Below, in pieces: positions 25,197 through 37,800 of a DNA stretch of 64,000 bases. Both the position numbers and the translations under genes were made by a program. Source of the DNA: Callorhinchus milii (taxonomy: Eukaryota); the NCBI RefSeq assembly GCF_018977255.1, contig NW_024704752.1, positions 10,850,001 to 10,914,000 on the forward strand. The letters are read 5' to 3'. Positions within the stretch are counted from its first letter, which is position 1. Each line of letters starts with the position of its first letter. Below the pieces are notes generated by a model that saw only the letters and a list, made by a program, of their open reading frames with translations, made no database searches and was not told where the DNA came from.

Positions 25197-25982
25197 CAGT
25201 GTGTGTGGGGGGGAAGGGGGGGCAGTGTATATTTGTGTGTGTGTGTGTGGGGGGGGGGGTGCAGTGTGTGTGGGTGTGGGGGGGGTGCAGTGTGTGTGTA
25301 GGGGGGTGCAGTGTGTGTGTAGGGGGGTGCAGTGTGTGTGTAGGGGGTGCAGTGTGTGTGTAGGGGGGTGCAGTGTGTGTGGGTGTGTGGTGGGGGTGCA
25401 GTGTGTGTGGGTGTGTGGTGGGGGTGCAGTGTGTGTGTGTGGGGGGGGTGCAGTGTGTGTGTGGTGGGGGTGCAGTGTGTGTGTAGGGGGGTGCAGTGTG
25501 TGTGTGTGTGTGGTGGGGGTGCAGTGTGTGTGTAGGGGGGTGCAGTGTGTGTGTAGGGGGGTGCAGTGTGTGTGTAGGGGGGTGCAGTGTGTGTGTAGGG
25601 GGGTGCAGTGTGTGTGGGTGTGTGGTGGGGGTGCAGTGTGTGTGGGTGTGGTGGGGGGGGCAGTGTGTGTGTGTGTGTGTGTGTGTGTGGTGGGGGTGCA
25701 GTGTGTGTGGGTGTGGGGGGGGTGCAGTGTGTGTGTGGTGGGGGTGCAGTGTGTGTGGGTGTGTGGTGGGGGTGCAGTGTGTGTGGGTGTGGGGGGGTGC
25801 AGTGTGTGTGTGGTGGGGGTGCAGTGTGTGTGTGTGTGTGGTGGGGGTGCAGTGTGTGTGTGTGTGTGGTGGGGGTGCAGTGTGTGTGTGTGTGGTGGGG
25901 GTGCAGTGTGTGTGTGGTGGGGGTGCAGTGTGTGTGGGTGTGTGGTGGGGGTGCAGTGTGTGTGGGTGTGTGGTGGGGGGGG

Positions 25983-26014
<32 letters not shown>

Positions 26015-27005
26015 GTGGGGGTGCAGTGTGTGTGGGTGTGGGGGGGGTGCAGTGTGTGTGTGGTGGGGGTGCAGTGTGTGTGGGTGTGTGGTGGGGGTGC
26101 AGTGTGTGTGGGTGTGGGGGGGGTGCAGTGTGTGTGTGGTGGGGGTGCAGTGTGTGTGTGTGTGTGGTGGGGGTGCAGTGTGTGTGTGTGTGTGGTGGGG
26201 GTGCAGTGTGTGTGTGGTGGGGGTGCAGTGTGTGTGGGTGTGTGGTGGGGGTGCAGTGTGTGTGGGTGTGGTGGGGGGGGCAGTGTGTGTGTGTGTGTGG
26301 TGGGGGTGCAGTGTGTGTGGGGGGGGTGCAGTGTGTGTGTGGTGGGGGTGCAGTGTGTGTGGGTGTGGTGGGGGTGCAGTGTGTGTGGGTGTGGGGGGGT
26401 GCAGTGTGTGTGTGGTGGGGGTGCAGTGTGTGTGTGTGTGTGGTGGGGTGCAGTGTGTGTGGTGGTGGGGGTGCAGTGTGTGTGTGTGTGTGGTGGGGGT
26501 GCAGTGTGTGTGGGTGTGTGGTGGGGGTGCAGTGTGTGTGTGGTGTGTGGTGGGGGTGCAGTGTGTGTGGGTGTGGGGGGGGTGCAGTGTGTGTGTGTGG
26601 TGGGGTGCAGTGTGTGTGTGTGGGGGGGCAGTGTGTGTGTGGTGGGGGTGCAGTGTGTGTGTGTGTGGTGGGGGTGCAGTGTGTGTGGTGTGTGGTGGGG
26701 GTGCAGTGTGTGTGTGTGTGTGGTGGGGGTGCAGTGTGTGTGGGTGTGTGGTGGGGGTGCAGTGTGTNNNNNNNNNNNNNNNNNNNNNNNNNNNNNNNNN
26801 NNNNNNNNNNNNNNNNNNNNNNNNNNNNNNNNNNNNNNNNNNNNNNNNNNNNNNNNNNNNNNNNNNNNNNNNNNNNNNNNNNNNNNNNNNNNNNNNNNNN
26901 NNNNNNNNNNNNNNNNNNNNNNNNNNNNNNNNNNNNNNNNNNNNNNNGGGGGTCAGTGTGTGTGGGGGGGGGTGCAGTGTGTGTGTGTGTGTGTGGGGGG
27001 GGGAT
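25197..27005. repeat. Compound G-run/(GT)n satellite (GGTGGGGGTGCAGTGTGTGTGT-like units) in COX18 intron 1, with an assembly gap
   Basis: Direct reading. Produces the long spurious PHT- and GCV-rich ORFs. Confidence 0.95.
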
Positions 27006-27174
27006 GTGGGGGAAGACAATGACCCTGGACCGGGCAGGTGCTGAGGCCCTCAGGCCGCGCGCTGAGAGTGGAGCCGGGCCGGGGGGCGGCTGTGGGGGGC
27101 GGGGTGCGGCTGGGGGGAGGCCCACCCCGGGGCTGGAGCTCTGCCCCCCCCTCCCCTCCCCCGCAAACACATAC

Positions 27175-27330
27175 CGCCGCTGTTAAAGGCTATTCAGGTG
27201 CAGCTCCGGCGCCCCCTCAGCCCCGGACTCCGCCCACCGACGTACTGTGCGGCCTCGCGTCACCGCCGACGTCACCGCGTTATCTGGACGCGTCTCCACA
27301 GCGTCTCTCTCTGCCTCGAATTCTCATTCA
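27175..27330 (-). promoter_or_regulatory. CpG-island promoter and probable non-coding exon 1 of COX18
   Basis: CpG-dense 27030-27320. Minus-strand donor GGCG|GTATGT at 27175/27174. CRE-like CGACGTCA and CGCGTCA, and a CTCF-like GGCGCCCCCTCAGCC near 27208. Confidence 0.6.
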
Positions 27331-27364
27331 CAAAAACAAAGAGCTTCTGATCCAAACGTAAAGC

Positions 27365-28120
27365 GCCTCCACACCTCCACCTCCATCACACCCACACCCC
27401 CCACCACCCACACCTCCACACCCCACACCACCCACACACCTCACACACCCCACACACACCACACCACCCCACCCACACCTCCACACCCANNNNNNNNNNN
27501 NNNNNNNNNNNNNNNNNNNNNNNNNNNNNNNNNNNNNNNNNNNNNNNNNNNNNNNNNNNNNNNNNNNNNNNNNNNNNNNNNNNNNNNNNNNNNNNNNNNN
27601 NNNNNNNNNNNNNNNNNNNNNNNNNNNNNNNNNNNNNNNNNNNNNNNNNNNNNNNNNNNNNNNNNNNNNNNNNNNNNNNNNNNNNNNNNCCACACCTCCA
27701 CACCCACANNNNNNNNNNNNNNNNNNNNNNNNNNNNNNNNNNNNNNNNNNNNNNNNNNNNNNNNNNNNNNNNNNNNNNNNNNNNNNNNNNNNNNNNNNNN
27801 NNNNNNNNNNNNNNNNNNNNNNNNNNNNNNNNNNNNNNNNNNNNNNNNNNNNNNNNNNNNNNNNNNNNNNNNNNNNNNNNNNNNNNNNNNNNNNNNNNNN
27901 NNNNNNNNNNNNNNNNNNNNNNNNNNNNNNACACCTCCCCCCTAACCCCCCCACGCCCCACCGCCCCCATTCCTGCCCCCTACCCACACACCTCCCCCCC
28001 CATCCCCACACCCCACTGCCCCCACACATCTCCCCCACCCCCACACACCTCTCCCCCCCACACCCCCCACCCTCCACACCCCCCACACACACACTGCCCC
28101 CCCCACACACACACACACAT
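27365..28120. repeat. C/A-rich low-complexity array (CCACACC...) with gaps
   Basis: Direct reading. Contains ACACACACTGCCCCCCCC, the reverse complement of the unit at 25197-27005. Confidence 0.9.
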
Positions 28121-28532
28121 GTTCCAAAACAGGCTGATTTTGTTTTGGAGGTCTCGGCACGAGTGCTCACTTATAACAATACTTCACATTTGATAGAACG
28201 CCTTATCACAGCGTCGAGATCAAAGCGACTGTGACTGTTACCATCCAATATCAGGGACACGTTTCTCCAGGAAACGTAATGACATAGACCCCCACCGCCC
28301 ACATCACTGCGTGCACCAATTACCAGCATCAGAAGCACACTGGGAGTTTTCATGACTGCTACTAGGACACTGGGAAGCAATATCAAAGACACATTTCTCA
28401 TCGGAACACAGTTCCTACTAGGAATGTAGGAAGAGTTGAGCACCACTATTAGGGAAGTCTCAGAACCAGTATCCGGTTCATAGTTCCCGATGGGAATGTT
28501 GACCATGACTATCTAGGACTACAGCTACAGGA

Positions 28533-28848
28533 CAGTGGTTAGAGCACTCGCTTTGCAAGTGAGAGACCTGAGTTCAATTCCAGGCAGAGGGCGAAACCTT
28601 GGGCAAGTTTCCTTACTCCACACAGAGCCTAATAATAATCCCTCCAAAACCAAAAACAATAATAAAAAAAAAATTGGTCATTTTCAATCTACGACTGTTT
28701 GTGGGACATTGCTGTGCGCAATTGGCTGCCGCATTCGCCCACAAATATACAGTCAATTCACTTTACAGTGTGTTCTGTGAAGCGCTTTGGGACGTCCTCC
28801 GACGTGAAAAGCGCTATATCAAATGCAAGGATTATTATTTATTATTAT
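28533..28848 (+). mobile_element. tRNA-derived SINE, young short subfamily
   Basis: Nearly identical to the copies at 51126 and 51972. The head arm CTCGC-TT-TGC-AA-GTGAG resembles a tRNA-Ala(TGC) anticodon arm. Confidence 0.92.
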
Positions 28849-29504
28849 ATTGGACACACTCCACACTGGAATATGAGTCCTGAGTCTAAAAGTAAGAAAC
28901 AGGTTTCCCTTTGAGCTACTATATAAGGTTATAAAGTTACAAGTGGTGCCAGGTTTTTTTGAAGCCTCAACTCCTCTAAACATTGAAAGCAATCATTAGA
29001 AGTTGTCTACACAATTATACTGTAGTTCAGATGCAATTTAATTGCCAAGTGTTGGTAGGTGAAGAGCATTCTAAACTTTGTGTACCAGATGTGGGCGGTA
29101 ACATCAAAGTCAAACTTTATCAAATGTTAATGAATCAATTTATTGAATTGGAGGGTGGAAAATATAATTATGCTGGTCTTGGAAGAAATTAATAATGGAC
29201 AGTTTTTGACAGTATAATGATATGTGGTAATTCTTGGAGATTAGCTATCAAATAACTGTTGGAGCGATGTCATATGTTGCAATTCAGTCCACAACCTTGA
29301 GCTACAGTGTGTTTACCACAGTGTGAGTTCCGAAAGCACACTTCATCATGACAACCATTTATCAACTAATGTTTTCCAACCATGTCACATATCTTTTTCA
29401 AATAAGTATGGAGGATGAAGTTAATTAGGAAATGTTAACTTGCATATATTAATCACAATGTGCAGACAGAACAAGAATAATAGGAGCTGTAGAGCATAAA
29501 AATA

Positions 29505-29730
29505 TAACAACAAATTGCATTTACATAGCACCCTTCACGTGGGATGGCGTTCTGGAGGACTTCACAGTGGTGGAGTCTGTCACTGAGCCAGGGGGAAAGG
29601 GAGGAGGTAGGTTACCATAAGAACCATCAAAGAGGAAGGCCTTTAGGTGGGATTTGAATGTGGGGAGGGAGGGGGCAAGGTGGAGGGATTGAGAGTGAGA
29701 GTTCCAGAGTTTTAGGGTGTAGTGGCTGAA
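29505..29730 (-). mobile_element. L2 3' fragment
   Basis: HYTLKLWNS..PTFKSHLKAFLF plus tail. Confidence 0.75.
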
Positions 29731-30411
29731 ATATAAAAATATAAGAATACATAGAACGGGAAAAGACCATTTTGACTTCACCTGGCTGCTCCCAAAACTC
29801 AAAAAAAATCACGAAATTCTTTCTATTATAGAGTAACTATATAATACATAACTTATCCATTCAGAATCAGCTTATTGTTGGGATTTTGATTTGCGGAGTT
29901 GGCTACATCTTCAATTCTGCTACAGAATCCTGGACATTTTTATTCTTGGAGAGGCCTGGCGTACCCACCCCTCTGAAGATAATAATAATAATCTTTGCAT
30001 TTGATACAGCGCCTTATCACATCTTCAAGATGTCTCAAAGCTCTTCACAGAATATACTGTAAAGTGAACTTGGTAAACCGACCGGTTCTTTACACTACAT
30101 CAACAATTTTGCTAAAATCCATATCTAATATTTACTGAGTTTCCCTTGTCCTCCAGGTCAGTCATTCTTCAAAAATGGTCACAAATATTTGTCACATATT
30201 GATTGATCACTCAGTATTTTCTTCAATACCTTATAAATGTAGTCTTCAGACTCAGTGAAATCCCAGCCATTGAGCTCAATTAACACTGATCATTAAAAAT
30301 AGTGATCTTTTCACTGTGTCCTGCAAATGGAAAACGTCCTTATAAACAGAAAGGAAAACATTTGTTATTTATAGCAATCAGTAAAAGCTATGCCCGGGAA
30401 ATAATAATGAC

Positions 30412-30724
30412 AATGATCATAATAACCCTTGCATTTGATATAGCGCTTTTTCACTTCTTCTAGACTTCTCAAAGCGCTTCACAGAATATGCTGTAAAGTG
30501 AATTGACTGTATATCTGTGGGAGTAACGTGACAGCCAATTGCGCACAGCAGTGTCCCACAAACAGTTGTGGATTGAAAATGACCAATTTATTATCGTTTT
30601 ATTTTGGAGGGATTATTATTAGGCGTGTGGAGTAAGGAAACTTGCCCAAGGTTTCGCCCTCTGCCTGGAATTGAATCCAGGTGTCTCACTTGCAAGACGA
30701 GTGCTCTAACCATTGAGCTATAGG
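30412..30724 (-). mobile_element. tRNA-derived SINE, short form
   Basis: Full head-to-tail match to the family. Confidence 0.9.
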
Positions 30725-31493
30725 TTGGAGAGGTGTATTAGACAATTTTAACCTTCGGCCATTGTTAGAATCCTTACTTCTCCCACATTACAAGTGAATA
30801 AATATTTCCAGGAATTTGAGATGTAATTTGTGGGAAAATACTTGCATTTGATACAGTGCTTTTCAAGTGTTCTAGACGTCTCAAAGCGCTTCACAGAATA
30901 TACTGTGATCTAAAGTGAACAGTTTGCAGACTCAGGTTCCAATACAAAATATTGAAAACAGAATGATGATGTTACATTCAAGGAACAAAAATAATTGCAT
31001 TATCATGGCACGTGTTTAAATAACGTAACAAAAGCTTTGCCAGATATACTTCAAAGGGACTGAAACCCCATCAGCAGGGACAAATATGTGTAAATGCCCA
31101 GCTGAATTTTCAAGTTGAAATGTACACATACTTTAGTGATAAAGTACGAGTTCAACATTTAATCTCGTTTGTACCATTGTGTCGTGGGACTGACGATATT
31201 ATCGCTGAATGCTTGGCTCTAATCCATTTATTTTATTTTTGTGTGCTCAGTGGCTACTTTCTTGCAGCCTCCCACTCACCACCCTCTTTCTACCAGTTAA
31301 TGACCGACATGACAAGCAAACAAACACCCAACCGCTCAACCAACAGGACAACATGCAACTTATCACTTAGGTTATTCAATAAAAAAACACAAGTAGCTCT
31401 GACAGATTAACCAATTCTTGACTTTACAACAACAATGCACACAGTAGATGTATCATTCTGAATGTGCCTTCCACAAAGCCTCTGTAATTCACT

Positions 31494-31650
31494 GGTTAAT
31501 AATAAATAACTGATTTCAAGAAGAAAATTAGATTAACCATTAATGAGTTTTTTTGTCTGTAAATCTCGTTATTTATTGATGAGGCAGTGGACCCTTTTTT
31601 TTTGGAAGACCACATCTGCTGCACCTCCAACCCAACACATTTATAACCAG
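31494..31650 (+). promoter_or_regulatory. Putative liver-type AGXT promoter (HNF1-like sites, TATA-like element)
   Basis: GGTTAATAATAAATAAC at about 31494 and GATTAACCATTAAT at about 31531 resemble HNF1 GTTAATNATTAAC. TTTATAA lies at about 31640. Confidence 0.4.
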
Positions 31651-31859
31651 CTCAGGCTTCTTTCTCAGTGAGTAGAGTCACAAGTGAAACTGAGGACTGC
31701 ATGAAGGTTCATCTTCTGAAACTTTGTTTGGTGGTGTCAGAAGGTTCAAAACGTGCTTATCAACGCTTGGTGGGTCGTAGACCTTTCTCCAAACAAGAAG
31801 AATCGAAGCGCTGATTGAACGTGTGATCAGTGACTGGGCTGCTTTGTAGAGTTTAAAGT

Positions 31860-34800
31860 ATGACGAGCACTGTGTTGCGCACTGGCATCCTGGCACGGCT
31901 GACCCTGGCCGTGCGTCCCAGCTATGGTCCTTTGGTGCTGGTCGATCGCAGTTCTGCTTCTCTAGTGCACTTGGCCTCCTGGTGCAAGTTCTTCAGCCGC
32001 AGTATGTCAGTACAAACAGGGTTCACAGTGCCCCCCCCAAAGTCCCTCCAGCAGCCACTCTCTGTCCCCAAAAGACTGCTGCTGGGGCCAGGTCCCTCCA
32101 ACATTTCCTCCAGAGTCCAGGAGGCAGGCGGAAGACAAATAATTGGACATATGCACCCGGAGATGTTTCAGGTGAGCAATGTGTACCTTTGAATGTTCAT
32201 TTCTACTTTTCTGTCGTTTTTTTCTTTCCAAAGAGATGATTTCTTAATATTTTTCAGATCCTAAAGGATATAGATAAGCTGGGTTTCATTTATGTGTTTG
32301 TAACAGTTCAGAAATCTGCAAGAAGGCATCATAATCTCTCACTGCTCATAAAGGGGGAGGTGAATAGACAGTTTTGATGTAACCACAGGGTGACCGTTAA
32401 AGATAAAGTTACCTTTTAATTTGCATTGTTCTGTAAAGTCCTAATGGATCCTTCGAACCTAAAGCTTAACTTAGTTAAGAGGGTTATTGTTATCCAGTAA
32501 ATGAAGACCATTTATCAGGTACTTCATTGATAACCATTCCCCTTTTATTGGCTCCCTCCTTTTGCATGGGTATGCTGATTGTTGCCTCCATATGCCTCCA
32601 TATTGCCTTCACTAATGGGCAAATACTGTATGTTTGTGTGTTCAATTCAACACAGTATTAAACATCTAGCTCACAATTTATTTCTCCTATAATCTGACTA
32701 ATGGCCCTCCAATAAGAGAGTATATTTAATTAAATCTGCCAGTCTTACATTTTTCCAATGTTTGTTTAATATCTGCTCAACATTCAGGGTCAGTTACACT
32801 GTGTTTCATCACCTAGTCATCTTAATATTGATTCTACCTCAATGATAACAACTTGTCCTTAAAAACACACATTGAGTTGCCCTGGGGTCAGGTGTTAGGC
32901 TCCTCGAAGAGTTCACGCCATTAACAAGAAGGCCTGATTCAAATGCATTATTTCCCTAGTATTGCAAATGAGAAAATATTAGGAATTGTATTACATCTCA
33001 ACAGCGGTAAAAGGTAATTTAATGAACTGCAAATGTGCATAACTATGTAAAAGCAAAGCCGAATAAGATCATTAACTCAACCAATGTCAGGTTCAGAAAG
33101 AAAGTAGGTTTACTCGGGTACTGTAATGTTTCCAGCGAATGTAAAAACCCTTTTTTTCTCATTTTTTTTGTTTAGATTATGGATCAGATAAAGGCTGGAA
33201 TACAATATGCCTTTCAGACCACAAACAACTTAACGCTGGCAATCAGTGGCTCTGGGCATGCAGCCATGGAAGCTGCTCTAGTAAATGTACTGGAACCAGG
33301 AGAGGCGGTGCTAATCGCAATGAATGGTGTCTGGGGCGAGAGAGCTGCAGACATTGGTGAACGAATCGGTACGAATAGCGACTCACTTTCTGGATAGCTT
33401 TGATTAATCTCTCTTTTCCTTTCACCTCAATAATTAAGAAAACCCCATAATTTTCTCACCATGACTCCTGTGCACATGCCATCCTTGCACAAAGAGGGAT
33501 GAAGTCCTATTTTCAGGTTTAACCACCATTATTCTGGAACTTCCCACAAGGAGGTACACAATAGTGGAACAACCATGATTCTCTCTCTGCCTTAACAGTA
33601 ACCTCTGTTCAGCATGTGGATTTTGTCTGTCTCAGCAAATCACATTTTACACTTTGAATATATTTTAAAACATTGGAAAAGTTCACCTGGCTGCAAGTAT
33701 ATAACCTACAGAACACCTACATATTAGCTGTATGTGTTGTAATAAATAGATCTTTGGTGAATGATAATAATACTAATCCTTGCATTTGATACAGTGCTTG
33801 ATCACATCTTCGAGACATCTCAAAGCACTTTCCACAATATACTGTAAAGTGAATTGTGTGTATATTTTGGTGAGCTGCCAAGAGGGTTTAAAAGTGACTG
33901 TTCTCTTTTTGTGTTTATATTTTAGGTGCAAAAGTCCAAAAACTTGTAAAAACCCCAGGAGAAAGTTTTTCCCTGCAAGACATTGAGAAGGTTTGTCTGC
34001 GTGTGTGACTGTCTCTGAGCGAGTATAAGATGCAATTGTAGCAATGTTCCGAGTACAAAAGTTCCTGTGGGTTGTTTAGCTCCAGAAAACTTGTGTCTTG
34101 GAACTGCATTCTGTAGGAATAAGGCATGATAAGGCGTTGACTTAGAGGAGAAGGAAGAAAAAACATTGCTAATATCTTGAGACACATGCTGCGAATGAGA
34201 TAATTTTACTAACTTGTTTAAATGATGCAGAGTAGGATTGGAAAGAGCCATCATAGTTGTGTGGATTAACGGGTTCCTTCTCTGTAGATTTTCCAGCAGC
34301 TGATCAAGAGTGGCCTGTGTCAAGTAAAATAATTTTGTCAGTGAAATTTGGTTGTCAGTGTGAACACTGGTCAGATCTGCCTTAATCCATTCCCAATCAA
34401 TTTTAAACTGGTCAGCCAAATAATAGAAGAGATTTTTTTGTTTGTTTCTCACCCCATCCATTTGTTTGATTTTCTAGGCACTAGTACAACACAAGCCTGT
34501 CCTGTTCTTCATCACGCATGGGGAGTCTTCAACAGGTGTGGTCCAGAATTTGGATGGAATCGGATCTCTGTGCAAAAGGTGAGTGTATTCCAATTACAAA
34601 GTTCACTGAAGGCTCGATGTAATCATTCTAAGCCCTTAACCTGAAAGTTCTGAACAAATCCCTTTAAAAACAGAGTGAACCAGCAGAGGGACACTGAGAA
34701 AGGAGACTTGATAGCAAGCATTAGCACAGTGCCCTTTCAGCACGAGGACCAGTTTGAATGCAGTCCTAATTGCTGGGACACAAGTCTCTTCTTTTTGCAG

Positions 34801-37800
34801 CTGCAAGTCCTTATGAATTGACTAGAATTGTAATTGTTCTTATTCGTTTCCTGGAGTGAACATATCTGCAGCACCAAACTGCTGCTGGTTGATCACAACT
34901 GAAAATAAGGTAACAACCTCACCAGGAGGCCAAAGGAATGGCTGGTGTAGAAAACCTAAGTATAACATTGGTATAATTATAAACCCTTGGTGTTGGGGTG
35001 CTGCCTTGGAGTCTTTATACTGGAACAAACTTATATTGAACATGATTTGGAACTGTTTGATGAAGCAGTACAGCATAAACATCATTCTTCACTGGGTCAT
35101 GCTGCACCTGATTTGGGACTGCTTAACAAGGCTTGGTCATTTGGAGACATTTACCAGAACCTGTATTTCTGCTGTAATGTTTGCCTGCTCATTGATGATT
35201 TAGGAATCTGGACAGAGTTCTCCTCTGGCTTCAGATCATATTCAGTGCTTTTCATGATTTTATAATTTCATAACCTTGTACTAATTAAGTCACAAGAATT
35301 CTTAAAACCACACTTTTAAAAACTCACCTATAATGCTCTTCAATTTCCCTTCCAGTCATAACTGTTTACTGCTGGTTGACTCTGTTGCCTCGCTGGGTGG
35401 GGCACCTCTCTTCATGGATAATCAAGGTATGTACTCCATCTGACACCAAAGTTAAGAATACGCCAGTAAGTTTATTTAGCTCTTTCAGTTACCGGAGTCC
35501 TGCTTCAGAAGCTGATCTATAATCATCCTCTCATTTGATATAATAGTCTATCATCAAGATATTCAAAGTGCTTCACAGGATTTTACAGGAAATTTAGTAA
35601 CTGTAGGTGAATACAGTGTATGCACATCAAGAGCAAGATCACAGAGAGAAAGTGATCATGAAGAGTTTGAAAAGAAAATAGCAAACATACATGTATAAAC
35701 ACATGGCCAATTGTTTTTACAAGTGAAAGATTGTGGAAGAGAAAACACTCTTTTTCTCCTCTTAATAACTTTCTAAAGGCTGCAACAGTAATGATGAGGG
35801 AAGAAAGACAATGCAACAATTTTCCAAACACAGATAGGGTAATGCTTCTGGTTGAGCTTAACTTATGTTGTGAGACCGATAATATTGTGATGCTCATTGT
35901 TAGAGGACTTGCTCTGAAGTGTTAAGAACTAGCTGGGTGGAATGAGAAGGGAAGCAGATTCGATAACAACTTTCAAGAGAGAAGTGCATAGATATTTGGG
36001 CAGGACAAATTTGCTTGGTGATGGGGAGAGAGCGGGGGAATAGGATTCATTTGAATAACTCATTTGGATAACTCAAGTGCCAGCACGGGCACGCTGGGCC
36101 AAATGGCCTCCTGTGCTGTATAATTTTGGGATTCTATGATCCTGGGACTCTTTTGGTGTCTTAGCCAACAATCCTCAGTGGTTAGAGCACTTGCCTCACA
36201 AGCAAGAGACCTGGGTTGATTCCTTGGGCATTGGGCAAGTTTCCTTACTCCACACATCTCAGTTTAACTAGCAGTAAGAAGGAACCCAGCTTTTAGTCGA
36301 TTGGTGGAACTCTTTTCTGGGGTTAATAAATCCTTAAAAAAATAATAATAGTAATAAATTGGTCACTCAATCCATGACTGTCTGTGGGACACTGCTGTGC
36401 ATAATTGGCTGCCACATTTCGCCCACAAAATATACAGTCAATTCACTTCACAGTATATTCTGTGAAGCGCTTTGAGACACCTTGAAGGCGTGATAAAGTG
36501 CTGTATCAAATGCAAGGATTATTGTTATTATTATCTGCTGAGGTCTCCCTCTGCTGGGCAAGATTGATGTGACTATTCTTCTCCATTCAGAGATCGACAT
36601 CCTTTATTCAGGATCACAAAAGGTTCTCAACTGTCCTCCTGGAACTGCACCCATCTCCTTCAATGAAAGAGCCTGGCAAGTCATTTTTCTTTTCCTTTGT
36701 TCGTCAAGTGATACTAAAGGTTTTCCATAATCAGTGTCCTCCCTGCCACAGCAACCCTCATGGATTACCTAGAGCAGGCTTGTTTTCAAGTAGTTGTTGG
36801 TAATGTTCAAAGAATACTCAGTTCTACCATAGGTGCAAAAACTTTCAAAACTGACCCCAAATAGTTCACAAAATAAAGTCAACCTGTGCATTGGGAATAC
36901 TTTTCAGGATAATATCAGGCTCATGGGATAAGGGAATGTGGTATAATGAGGATTATCCAGGATCAGTTATATTAATGTTGTTCTTTACCTACTGATATTT
37001 GATGAATTGATGGGGTTATCATCACGGTTTAATAATCTCCCACAAAACATCAACATTCCTGCGTAATGATCTGACCCAGGGAGCTCACTGAACAAAGTCA
37101 GTGGCTTTCTTTTTTTAAATTCATAAAATTATAACAGAAAAATGTTGAGCTTGACTAAAGAATTTTGTGCCAAGTTTATCTTTTTCGATTACAGTTCAGT
37201 TTCCACAAGCTAATTCTGAAATATGCTTTGCATTTGTTTTGCAGCCAAAAGATATTTAACCGGAAGACAAAGCCCACGTCCCTGTACCTTGACATGGGCT
37301 GGCTTTCCAACCTGTGGGGCTATGATGAAAGCCCAAGAAAGTAAGAAACAGAACCATTTCTTCACTACAGTAAATTCCTTTGAGAAAAAGGCTGATTGAA
37401 CCCACATGTTTGACATTTGTCAGATCCAGTCAGAAGAAGAATGGGAGAGTAATGGGTGATGAATTTAAGTGCTCCAAGGTGCTACCCTGCATGAAGGGCG
37501 TTATATAAATGCAAGTTGTTGTTGTTCCTGGAAGAGTGGCTAACCTTATAGGTGACCTGAAGAGAGAGGCAATAGAGCTTGATTCAGCTCCTGATTTGGG
37601 CGGTAATAAAAAGACGACTAGCTCCAAAGATGAGAGTGTTTGACCTACAGTGAAATCGTTTTTATAATGCTTGCATGGCTGATAAAAAAAAATGAGGAAA
37701 TGGTTCCAACTTATCTGCAACAGGAGGCAATACAAGTAAACTTCCTCTACAGAGCTCCTGTTTCTAGTTAGGTTGTGAGTTTAGTGAGCCAATTGGGATG

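Noticed and set aside
25032-27186. Very long ORFs (478-712 aa, His/Thr/Pro- or Cys/Val/Gly-rich)
   Set aside because: Translations of a simple repeat that spans an N gap and is open in many frames; no coding signature.
28171-28506. 111-aa ORF with short internal duplications (NVSLIL twice)
   Set aside because: Explained by decayed local ~30-bp duplications; no homology recognised.
28533-28610. tRNA-Ala gene (also at the other SINE heads)
   Set aside because: These are SINE heads continuing into the SINE body, without a proper acceptor stem or terminator.
33922-34461. 179-aa minus-strand ORF antisense to AGXT
   Set aside because: No recognisable domain or supporting splice structure; consistent with chance.
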